Made by a program: the position numbers and the translations under genes. DNA of 64,000 nucleotides from Epithemia pelagica (Eukaryota; Protista; Bacillariophyta), in the NCBI GenBank assembly GCA_946965045.2, contig OX337233.1:3100001-3164000 (forward strand), in the 5' to 3' direction. A model generated the notes under the pieces. It did not search any database. It worked only from the letters and a program-made list of their open reading frames with translations, and was not told the origin of the DNA. Below are positions 46,486-56,802 of this stretch, one piece after another; positions within the stretch are counted from its first letter, which is position 1; every line of letters starts with the position of its first letter.

Positions 46486-47455
46486 GCGGCTGCTGGTGAA
46501 GAACTGATGTGTGCTGATCCACAGCGTCACACACACTTCTTGGTGGTTCTTCTTCTTCTTCTGCACTCTTGGCGTTCCCCACTCGTAAAAGAGCGAGAGA
46601 GGGAGAGATAGACAAACACCTCTCAATCCTTTTGTCATATATGCTACGACAGGAGCAAAACCACAAGGATGGGAGAAACCATGACAACATGGAGGGGTGT
46701 GTGCCGTCGTTCCGGTGGGAGCACGGAGATGGTCCGCGCGCTCGCGGACGCTCGTGACTGAGCCTGCACCGCCGCGCCTCAACCTAATAGAGAGGCAGCT
46801 ATTAGCAGTCCTATTACCTTCCGAGAGCAGCAACGGCGACCTACACAGAAATTCATCCCTTGATACTAGAACAATCTCGACATGGGTGTTCGAATGGTTA
46901 CATAGTCCAAGAAACACACACGAGCATGAGATGGACTCTCTCGCAGGCATCGTTTCTAGGGTATGGAATGGATGGGGACGCTTTCGATCCACAGGAGGAA
47001 TGCCGTTGTTACCATTCTCTCTATCTATTCCAGAGACTGTGTGTGCCACGACACCACCACCACCAACCGACACTAGTGTGTGTGTGTTGGGCGGTCCTCC
47101 GTGGTGCATCGCCACCATATGGTCTGGTCTTGGTGGTGGTTGGGCCAGTCGTCGGCACCAACGACCATGACCAACACGTCGTCCCCCACCAGGACACCCC
47201 CCATACGACGTATTCGGCACGCTTGGCTCGACGTTTCTACTCGTGTGGGTGGTCTTCTCTCGGTCGACGGTTGCCAGTTTTGGAGGTTGGAATGGTCCCC
47301 AACCAGCCGCATGAATCCTGGCGTCGTGCAGGTGATGGGGGAACGCCTGTTTCGACGACGTGGCCTGTTTCTCTGTACCTTGTCGTCCGGATGGAACCAG
47401 AGTGCCAATATCGGGCCGTATTCCAGGGTGGTTTCATTCCATGGAGGGTTTCTTT

Positions 47456-49267
47456 TTAGTCATGCCCACGTCCACGAGTATTATTGGGTTCCAGTTTTGA
47501 TTTCTCCTTCTCCGGTTGGAGCCGTGCCCATTCGCGACGCGTGGAGGGTCCCCACGAAAAGGCGTCGGGTGCAAAGGGATAGGACAGGGCTTTCTGGGGA
47601 TGCCACAAGTGTAATTGTGTGGCCACTCGATCCAAACAGAGATAACCACATCCCGAATCGGCCACCAAACAATCGGTATCGCGAAGTGGACGGGCTTGCG
47701 CAAAGGTTACTGATGGTTGTGGTTGTTTTGGACGACGTTGCTGCTGTTTGTCATGGTTCTTGGTAGTACGATTCTGTGCTGGGTTCCTCCGTCTGGTTTG
47801 GTTGTTGTGGTGCGGAATTCCCAACCCACCGCCCGAACAGGGTGTCACAACGGTTGCGGCACATGTCTCTTGTGCCACGACGAGGGCACGTCGAAATTTC
47901 GCAAGCACGGATTCAAAATAGGACCGTCCAATCGTTTCGTCAATGGTCTTATCCAAACTGCGATTGGCCAAGTCATGGACGACGGCATCCCAGGCAGTCA
48001 TGGCTTGAAATTCCGGCGACTGCAAGACGGCTTGCCACTCCGGGGAGCGTGTCGTCATTGTCGTCGTTGTCGTCGAGGGAATAAGGTGACAGCCACCGCC
48101 ACCGCCATCGTAGGAACCACTTCGTTTGGCCGACAAGTACAAGACATCGGCCAACGGTACCTTCCACAAGAGGGACACGGCCACGATCGATTCGTCAAAG
48201 CGTTCCGTCACGCCGACAAAATCATAATCGTCCAAAATGCCGTGCAGCAAATCCGTCGCATTCATGCGTCGTTCTTCCTTGTGTTGACCGGCTTGTGGTG
48301 GCCGGGACAATAAGGGTCGCAGGGATACGGCTTGAAAGTAGTAGTTGGTGTGGCGGGGTTTGTACCGATGCAAAAGTTGTTCCACAAAGCATTCCACCGT
48401 GGCATTGCACAGGCCGCGTGACACATAAAAGTGATGAAACAAACTGAGCAATCGTGACGTGGGATGCCGCACCATGGTCCACAAGAGCGATTTGTCCCGA
48501 TGGCGATGGGCAAAGCGTCGTCGCGCCATGGCATGATCCCAACTGTTGCGACAAATGATAGGAGTAGTGTGGTTGGTGTGGTTGTGGTTGGCCGCCGCCG
48601 CCATGTATTGTCGATCGGCGGCATTGCGGGCCATGCGCAAATGGACCCCAGCCGCGGTACTACCACCCACTTTGGTGGGTTTGCCAAACAACAAGCCTTG
48701 CGTGACGACGGCATTGCGATTGCGACGCCAATTCACGGAATCCAAGGGAGGAAAGCAAGGCAATTGCCCATTGTCAAATCGAGAATAGGGATAGGCACGG
48801 GGTTGGACGGAATGGTGATGTTGCTGCTGACGTTGATGTTGATAATAGTGGTTCCAAACGGGCGATGGAGCAGCAGCGTCCTGGTGATTTCGCGCTTGTG
48901 ATTCCTCATCCTTCCATCCAATGCCAGCATCACTGGGAGGATTGGTTTCGTCATTCTTGTTTCGCAACACTGAGGAATCGACTCCATGTAATGTCTGGTT
49001 TGTGCGGGTCGAATCGGACGGATCGTTCTGGTGGTACTTTTGGTGGGTGGTTGTCCTTGTTGGTGGTGGATGGAATCGAATCATTAGCCGTGTGTGTTTC
49101 GTATGATACGAGGGAACCACCACCACCAACAGGACCAGATACAAGGGCCACAATCGTCGATTACACACGAGGCGTTGGATGGTATTAGTCGTCCCGAGGA
49201 GGCGACGAGGATGAGGAGGAAAAGGAACAACCCATGGCCTTGATCTCGTTCGGGTCGTCATGGTCAT
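47456..49267 (-). CDS. Sulfotransferase S2: galactose-3-O-sulfotransferase-like type II membrane protein, intact
   Basis: Single long ORF with a hydrophobic segment (WPLYLVLLVVVV), PAPS 5'-phosphosulfate loop KPTKVGGST, 3'-phosphate motif VRHPTSRLLS and YDFVGVTERFDES. Start Met inferred. Confidence 0.8.
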   Translation of the reverse strand: MTMTTRTRSRPWVVPFPPHPRRLLGTTNTIQRLVCNRRLWPLYLVLLVVVVPSYHTKHTRLMIRFHPPPTRTTTHQKYHQNDPSDSTRTNQTLHGVDSSVLRNKNDETNPPSDAGIGWKDEESQARNHQDAAAPSPVWNHYYQHQRQQQHHHSVQPRAYPYSRFDNGQLPCFPPLDSVNWRRNRNAVVTQGLLFGKPTKVGGSTAAGVHLRMARNAADRQYMAAAANHNHTNHTTPIICRNSWDHAMARRRFAHRHRDKSLLWTMVRHPTSRLLSLFHHFYVSRGLCNATVECFVEQLLHRYKPRHTNYYFQAVSLRPLLSRPPQAGQHKEERRMNATDLLHGILDDYDFVGVTERFDESIVAVSLLWKVPLADVLYLSAKRSGSYDGGGGGCHLIPSTTTTTMTTRSPEWQAVLQSPEFQAMTAWDAVVHDLANRSLDKTIDETIGRSYFESVLAKFRRALVVAQETCAATVVTPCSGGGLGIPHHNNQTRRRNPAQNRTTKNHDKQQQRRPKQPQPSVTFAQARPLRDTDCLVADSGCGYLCLDRVATQLHLWHPQKALSYPFAPDAFSWGPSTRREWARLQPEKEKSKLEPNNTRGRGHD

Positions 49268-49603
49268 GATGGTGGTGTCGGTGCGAGAGAAAGGGTAGCT
49301 ACTCGTGTGTGTCACGCATTGGGATTCCTTCGCGCGCGGCGACATGGGTTGCGCGCACGCCGAGCAAAGAAGCAAGGATCCGTTGCCCATGGATCCGATG
49401 CAGACTTTTGTGTGTGTTTTGTGGATATGAGAACCGAACGATAGATCTGTATACCGCGTAGATGAAAGAGAGAACACCCACCAGCCAAAAGCAACCGAAC
49501 GAGCACACGAGACAGTGAAGCATCTCCTCGATTCCCTTGGAAACGACTGGGGTACCCCCTACTACAGAGATCAAGATCGAGAGACACACATGTCCCTACC
49601 AGC

Positions 49604-50001
49604 ATGATGTGGTTGAAACAACGTCGTCGTCGATCCACCACCACGCCCTCTTCAGCACCACCATTACAAGAAGCATCCACGCTCCAACACTCCCCCACCA
49701 ATACGACGAATCGACAGGCTGCTGCGGCGACGGCTCTTCGAAACCACCACACCACCAAACGGTCCATAATTATGACGATTCGGCGCCTCGTCGTCGCACC
49801 ATTGGTCCACGGGTCCCTTTTATCGAGGATTGGAATGGTCGCGATTATTCTCATGATCAGTGTCGTGGGTCTCCTCCGTCTCATTCTTGGTTGGACATTT
49901 GGGGGGCGAGCCGCAATGAATACTACCAAATTGGGCCACCAAGAGGAGGGATGGTCATGGTCGTCGTTGGGTTCCACCACAACACGCCATGACGGGGCAC
50001 C

Positions 50002-50044
<43 letters not shown>

Positions 50045-52086
50045 GACCTTGTTGGTTCACCACCACCATCCAGTACGGAGGAACCCCGAACCACCACCAC
50101 CACTCTAGTCGTGTACCTGACCGGTTCCCCACAGCTGTTGCCCCTGGACCGGATCCAGTATCGTCCCGATTATAATGATTTGGAACTAACCTTTGGGCGG
50201 GCATCATCCCCCAACAACAACCACCACCACAATGACACGGCCGGAACAGTACCACCACCACACGATGTCTACACCACGCGACACGTATGGGATTTCACCG
50301 CGGGACCAGGGCCGTACTACAAGGATGCGCATCATGAATACAAGGTTCAAAAGTATTCCGTTTGGGCCAAAAAGGACCAGGACCATAAGGAACGGACACT
50401 CATCCATCATCACAATGGCACCCACCGCATCCCGACCACGCATAATGATGATTCCTGTGAACTGTCGCATGTGGAACAGCACATGGAATTTCCAGTCTGC
50501 AACCACTTTCATGAATTGCCCGTGCAGGACTATCTTCAATCGGATACCGCGCGGTTTTTGGGGTACGTCTCCATCGAAACCATGGGATGGTGATGGAAGC
50601 GGCGCGGTTTGGGCGTTCCTACTCTTCTAACACTTTCACCTCTTTTGCTGCTCTCTTTTTATTGTTGTTGTTGTTGTTGGTCATTGGGTCGTTCCGTACC
50701 ATATGTTTCAGGCATGGTGTGTATCGCGACACGCTTGCGGTGGACCTGCGAACCCAGAGTCATCCGGCGGACAATGCCTTTGTCATCAAGTGGGCCACCT
50801 TGTCGGGCAATCACGACTTTACGTTCAAGGAACTGGAGGAGTATCGCAAAGTAAGTCCTCACACCATTCGTCTGCTGGCGTCGACTGTTGCCACAACCGT
50901 CCTGCTCACGACGCGACTGTGCTGACCGCCCATGCTCACACACTATACCTTTACACGCCATGATGATGATGATGAGACAGGACGGCGTCATGTATGCCGC
51001 CATGGGACCGCATCCACTCTTGGTGGATATGTATGGATATTGCAGCGTGGGATTGCTCAGTGAATTCATGATGGGTGGTACCCTGGAGGACGCACTGGGA
51101 GTACCAGATCGATGCAACGACACAACGGAACCAGACAACCACAATCATCACCAAACCATTCGAGAGCCAATCATCCCACCGTCGAACCAGCATGGGCACA
51201 CGCACCGTCGTCCTTGGTCGGCCGTGGAAAAGCTTCAGTTTGCCTTGAATGTGGCCCAAGCCGTGGCCTTGTTGCACAACAACCAGTGGGGTGTTATTGT
51301 GCATGGGGATCTCAAATTGGACCAATTTTTACTGACAAAGAACAACAACAAGGACAACAACAACAACGGCAACAACAACAGCCCTGTCCGTGTCAAACTC
51401 AATGACTTTAATCTCGCCGAGGCCCTACTGTATGATTACCAGCACAACAAGTATTGCCAATACAACAATCACGAAGCCCATGGTGATGTACGTACTACGG
51501 TAAAAAACAACCACTCGAACAACACACACATATATATATTGGAGGACAGACTTGTGTGTGTGTGTATGCGTGTCTTTAGAGTACGATGCCTCATGTCCTG
51601 TTTGTCATTTGTTGTTGGTTTCGTGTTCCGTATTCCTTGTTTTCTGCTTGTCAACAGTGGCGCTCCCCCGAAGAGTATTTGGATCGTCCCGTTGATGAAA
51701 GGATTGACATTTACGGCATTGGCAACATTTTGGTACGTCCAGCAGCGCGCTGCACTTCAGTTCTCTATACATGTGTATTATTTGTGGTTGGTCTCGCTTC
51801 GTCCCTCATCTCTCCCCACACACAGTTTTCCATCTTGACGGGATCCATTGTTTTTCCCAACACTTGTAGTGTGAGGCAGGTCCAAAAAAAAATTCAACGG
51901 GGCGAACGAAGCGTTTTGGATCCCCGCCATTGGGCCAATGTATCCTATGCCGAAGGCCAACTCGTCCAGGTGATTCAAAAGTGTTGGGAACACGATCCAC
52001 AGGATCGCTATCGCATTGAACAAGTGATTTCCGTATTGCAACAGGCGCTTGTCAAACAGCTGCAATTGGATCAACAGAAACGATGA
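49604..52086 (+). CDS. Kinase K5, apparently intact
   Basis: Exons 49604-50562, 50712-50850, 50981-51487, 51658-51732 and 51826-52086 with GT..AG borders. TM segment, poly-Q (CAA run at about 50000-50045), FPVCNHFHE, VIKWA, HGDLKLDQFL, DFNLAE and WRSPEEY. Confidence 0.85.
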
Positions 52087-52199
52087 TGGTGAAGAAAATG
52101 AAGCAGCAGACTCGGAAGGAATGGATGATCCAACATGGTCTCGTACGGTGTGCGGGCAGACTAAAGTGCACTCATGAACAGTTGTACAGTGCAGAAAAG

Positions 52200-53150
52200 G
52201 CCATGGTGGAGGAGGACCTGTTGTCGCAATAGTTTGGAGGTTCCCTCTGCGCTTGTTTCACTTGGAGTATTACTCTGAAGAGGTCAAAACTACTTGGATT
52301 CCGCTCGAGAAGAAGAATGCGGTCGCTTCTGGTTTTTACGACCACACGGCTGAAACGGTTCCAACCACCCCCACAAGTACCAGAACGACCCGTCCAACAA
52401 TTCGTCCCATACATCAAACCAGCAGACAAAGAAGCACGTGGAATCCTCCTCCTTGCGAAAGACTGATGAAACCAAGCCTCCATGTACTGTCATTGGATGG
52501 ATCGAGGAACAGCAGCAAATCACCAGGACCAGGACGCTGCTTCTCCATCCAGAATCCAGACGCCATCTCCCTTTTGGAACCAATAATGTCATCATCAGCC
52601 TCAACGTCATCAACAACATTCGGCGCAACCACGTGCCTTTTCCTATGCTTGATTCAACGACAGTCGTTCGTTTGCCTTCTTTTCCTCCTTTGGACAAGGT
52701 GAACTGGCGTCGCAATCTTAATGCTTTCGTGACGCACGCAATGATTTTTTTGGCCTTGCCGAACAATTCGTGAATGTGCCGAAACAGTCGTGTCACCTTG
52801 TTCCGGCGGTGGGTTGGAGATTCCCCACAACTGCCCTCAGAAACACGATCGTACCCAGGGTTCGAACCACAACAGTATCAAGGGTTCTAGGTAGGAACCA
52901 AAGTTCTACCACCACCATGGGTCATGGCAAACAGCAACGTCCTCCTTCTCCTCCCCCCAAGCCCCACAACAACAACAGCAGCAATTGACCACCTTTGGTC
53001 ATGCCCGACGACCTCGCGATACGGATTGTTTGGTGGCCGATTTGGTTCGAGTTTCCACTACTTTCCTATCCCTTTGCCGCCGACGCCTTTTCCTGCGGGA
53101 CCCTTCACACGCCACGAGTGGGCACTTCTCTACGAGGAGAAGAAGACGAA
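52200..53150 (+). pseudogene. Sulfotransferase S3: degenerate, internally deleted plus-strand copy
   Basis: YQNDPS, PPLDKVNWRRN.NA.VT, then a jump to TVVSPCSGGGLEIPH and GHARRPRDTDCL. All are homologous to S2, but the catalytic middle is missing. Confidence 0.7.
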
Positions 53151-53600
53151 CATGAAGCTCAATGACCATTGCAACCGCCAGAACCAAGTAATACTGCGAC
53201 TCATGGTCATCGTCGTGACGAATGGCGGAATTTAATCGGGGCCTTGTCGATTGTCAAGGGCACACCAACGAGTTTCCCACAAGATGCTTTTGTTTCAATC
53301 TTGACATATTCATTGGTCAGACAGTCTCCTCCACCATCATCCTCTGTGCACACCCTCTGCAAAGTGTCATTGCAAAAACATGGTGGACGGTCCTACAACT
53401 ATTCGAAAACCATGCCAATATTGTCCTTTAAGCTCTACACGCGATACGAGTCGAAAGGCAAGTTCACAATTACGATAATTAACGGAGAGACTTAACCGAT
53501 CAATTGTGGCAATTGAACTTTTCACTGGATCGGTTGTCCTGTCGCTGAAAAGCGCAGAAACATCTGGAGGACCGAACACGGACCCACTCGCACAATTGAT

Positions 53601-56048
53601 TTAGCCCTCTTTCGGACGAGCATCATTCTTGAACTCCCAAAGGACGCTCTTGTAAATTTCTTCCCAGTTATCATCCAGCACCAACTTCTCGTCTGGTTGG
53701 AGTTTCTTGTGGCATGCTTGAGACAAATAGCATGGCTTCGATGGATCATCAGAGTACCTTGCACCCATTTTGATAGGCGGTTCCAGACGCCTGGTTTGGT
53801 CTCCCCATACTGCACAAGCTTGCTCCAGATTCTGCTGGAAGGATTCTACACCTGGACAAACATATCTTTGAGAGAGAAGAGCAAGAGAAGCAGGAAGCTG
53901 GATCTCTGTCATGAACGTACCTTGCACGACTTCACGATAAAGTGAATCAAACTTGCGTAACATTGTTTGCGCAATCTCACCCACTGCACTTGCCTCCCCA
54001 TTGTACAAGATTGCATTGTTATAAACAAGACGGACATCCGTCGCAAACAGTTCCGTATCACCATAACTCGCACTTTCCAGTTTCTTCTTTACAAGAGAAA
54101 GATGCATTGGATTCTTGACGACATCAAAATAATCAGGGAGATTCAATGCCACGGGATCCACGGGTTCAAGGAACACCCAGCCGAACTCATCATCGATGAG
54201 AGCGTCCATAATGGGCATACACTTGTGTGTGACGCCCAGTTGTTGTGACTGTGTCTCTATCTCCTGGCCAAGTCGATTTTGCTGCTGTTGACAACGTTTG
54301 AGTAGTTGAAGGCGCAAAAGGTTGTGCTGTCGAAGCTGTTGTGCCTGAGGCGAGTTCATGTCTGAAATGCGCTGCAATTGTTCCTGGAGTCTAACTTGCT
54401 GGTCAAGAAGCTGTTGTTCTTGACCCCGAAGCTGTTTCATGGCTTCCAATTGTTGCTGTATCTTCATTTGATGTTGCTGCAGTTGCTGCCATTGATTACT
54501 GCTGATGCCACCACCTCCCCCAAGGGCCCGGTTTCCCTGTTGAGAAGAGCCAGGTCCCATGCGCACTTGGTTACCTTGTATGGGCATTTGGCCTTGAAGA
54601 TCATTCTGCATCCGAAACATTATCCGGCTCAGTGTACTAGACCCGCTATGGCTTACGATGTACTTGATCCATGCCATTTGTTCTTTCGGGAGGTGCAAAT
54701 CGGAAAAATAATCGGCCGTCCCAGTCCCATGGTTCACCATGTACAAGGATTGTCCCTTGTCCAGAGCTAAACAGAAGGACAGAATCCTAGTGAGTCGGCG
54801 TGACTTGAAAAGACAATCAATGGCTTGTTCGAATTCGTCGCTGAACCCAAAGTCTTCCCAGGCTTTAACTAGGTCGTAAACCAGGTTCAAGCATACCTTC
54901 CGGAACTTGCTCATGGCTATGGCGCGCTTGTCTTTGGGGTTTGAAAGACGAGCTGTACACACTTCTTTTCCCCAATCTTCAAGGTCCTTCGATCCTCTGT
55001 CTTGATCCATTCTCTCCAACGCATCTTGAATCTCTGAAGTATTGTATCGGCTCACGTATTCCTTCACCACGGCGTTTGGATCTCCGTGGTACCGTTTGCT
55101 ACGTTTGGGATTTGGGTGCTCAAACTGTTCGAGCTGTTCCTGCGGGACGGTCGCGCCTGCAAATCGAGGCGCCTTGACCGCGACGGGAAAAGCCGATTCG
55201 ATGGAGCGAGCCATGGGTGGTTGAGTGATGCGATTGAAAGTCCGCACGGGCGGAATGATGGTCAATCCGTCCGATGGAGCTGGACCACCCTGAGTGATGG
55301 TCAACGCGTGGGATGGAGCTGGACCACCCTGAGTGATGGTCAATGCGTGGGATGGAGCTGGACCACCCTGAGTGATGGTCAATCCGTTGGATGGAGGTGT
55401 GCCACCCTGAGTGATGGCCAATCCGTTGGATGGAGCTCGGCCAACAGTTTCCGCCTGAAGCTGTTTCCGAACATGCTCCAAGGCTTTCCGCAGTGACCAT
55501 TCGAGATTTCTCTTGAGACTTCCAAGATTTTCTGTAATATCCTTGAAGCTTGATTCCTTCCAGTTACTCTCATTAAGCCTTTTCTTGGGTTTACCATAAA
55601 TAGGTTTCCATATGCGGAAGCGGGATCCTTCGACACCGCTTGTCTCTTTTGCTACCGAGTTCGCCAGCTCCATTACATCCTCCACCTCTCCTCTAACGCT
55701 GGACTCCGATCCAATTTCAGCCGTAATCGTTCTGGCCGCAATCTTTCTGCGAAAATGTTCTCGTGCTACCTTGCGAAACATTTCATTGTGACCTTCATTT
55801 TTACCGAACGGATCGAAATTGGAACAGCCGCAGAGAAAATGATAATCATTCGGAAAGGTTTTTCGAATTATGTTCCCCAGAATTATGGCTCCCACGATAT
55901 CGCCCGCCTCCATCTCGTTCTTCTTCGATTCCTTTGTGTGGAGAGAAATAGCTTGTGGATCCGTGTGTGGATGAAATAAATAATGATCCTGTTCGTTGGA
56001 ACCATGGATTTTATGTGCCTCTCTCGAATGCACCGCCATCCTATGCAA
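53601..56048 (-). CDS. Bromodomain protein resembling a truncated CBP/p300-type (KAT11) acetyltransferase fragment; possibly a pseudogene
   Basis: FGWVFLEPVDPVALNLPDYFDVVKNPMHL...YNNAILYNG bromodomain. Probable 69-nt in-frame intron at 53852-53920. ACAVWG...LEPP and KND..KEG* resemble the region after the bromodomain in diatom CBP-like HATs. Q-rich middle; N-terminal FLCG...GHNEMFRK resembles diatom DUF6824. Confidence 0.7.
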   Translation of the reverse strand: MHRMAVHSREAHKIHGSNEQDHYLFHPHTDPQAISLHTKESKKNEMEAGDIVGAIILGNIIRKTFPNDYHFLCGCSNFDPFGKNEGHNEMFRKVAREHFRRKIAARTITAEIGSESSVRGEVEDVMELANSVAKETSGVEGSRFRIWKPIYGKPKKRLNESNWKESSFKDITENLGSLKRNLEWSLRKALEHVRKQLQAETVGRAPSNGLAITQGGTPPSNGLTITQGGPAPSHALTITQGGPAPSHALTITQGGPAPSDGLTIIPPVRTFNRITQPPMARSIESAFPVAVKAPRFAGATVPQEQLEQFEHPNPKRSKRYHGDPNAVVKEYVSRYNTSEIQDALERMDQDRGSKDLEDWGKEVCTARLSNPKDKRAIAMSKFRKVCLNLVYDLVKAWEDFGFSDEFEQAIDCLFKSRRLTRILSFCLALDKGQSLYMVNHGTGTADYFSDLHLPKEQMAWIKYIVSHSGSSTLSRIMFRMQNDLQGQMPIQGNQVRMGPGSSQQGNRALGGGGGISSNQWQQLQQHQMKIQQQLEAMKQLRGQEQQLLDQQVRLQEQLQRISDMNSPQAQQLRQHNLLRLQLLKRCQQQQNRLGQEIETQSQQLGVTHKCMPIMDALIDDEFGWVFLEPVDPVALNLPDYFDVVKNPMHLSLVKKKLESASYGDTELFATDVRLVYNNAILYNGEASAVGEIAQTMLRKFDSLYREVVQGTFMTEIQLPASLALLSQRYVCPGVESFQQNLEQACAVWGDQTRRLEPPIKMGARYSDDPSKPCYLSQACHKKLQPDEKLVLDDNWEEIYKSVLWEFKNDARPKEG
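55255..55445 (-). repeat. 39-bp (13-aa) coding repeat, about 5 copies
   Basis: (A/P)PS(N/H/D)(G/A)L(T/A)ITQGG(P/T) repeated within the bromodomain ORF. Confidence 0.9.
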
Positions 56049-56153
56049 CTCGTGCGTCTCGAGTAGCGCTGGTACAATTTCTACGGCAGACGATGGCGAG
56101 ACTTTTTGGTTTTACGTGGGATTGGTACAACTTCTACAGATGCGACTTGCGAG

Positions 56154-56296
56154 GAGATGCGGATCATACCGGATAAGTACTTATTTTTCTACAGTGAATG
56201 ATGTGACACATGTCAATTAGAATGTCAGGACTTGCAGAGAGATGCGGATCATACCGGATAAGTACTTATTTTTCTACAGTGAATGATGTGACACAT
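56154..56296. repeat. 58-bp direct repeat in the divergent intergenic region between the bromodomain gene and K6
   Basis: GAGATGCGGATCATACCGGATAAGTACTTATTTTTCTACAGTGAATGATGTGACACAT at 56154-56211 and 56239-56296. Confidence 0.9.
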
Positions 56297-56802
56297 ATTG
56301 TTGGGTACGCAGTGTGACAATTGTTGGGTACACAAATATTCATTCTGAAAATGTCCGAATTTATTCCTAGGGATCTCTTGCTTTCCAAGACCAAACCTTG
56401 ACACCTCTGTTGCGATTGTACCCTATTATAAGAATCGGCAACCCAGGCTCAGTCACGAGTGTCGGTGGGCGCGAGATCGAGCCCGCTCACCTCCACCGAT
56501 GAGGGCAGCAGCGCACACACAACTTTGCCAATTTTGTCATGATATGTGTCTCTCGTTGCTTCTTTGATTTTTTGGTCGTTCATGTGGATGAATGAATGAT
56601 TTGAAAGAGGATTGAGATACGCCAACACGACGACGACGACAACAACAACAACCTTCTTCTTCATCGTTTCTAGTGACCCCACCGTTCAGCACAACCAACC
56701 AGGAGTGTGTGGAATGGCAGATACCAACCAGCAAACACGAAAGAACACTGACTAATCTCTTCTTCTTCTTCCGGATCAAGGAACGCAACCTTTCAAAGCA
56801 TC

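Noticed and set aside
46486-47220. N-terminal extension of K4 implied by track ORF 44974-47220
   Set aside because: Homology with K6 and K5 places the start at MQWLKHRR (46485). The upstream part matches the non-coding region upstream of K6.
52290-52796. Minus-strand ORF as a gene
   Set aside because: It is the antisense shadow of the plus-strand sulfotransferase remnant S3.
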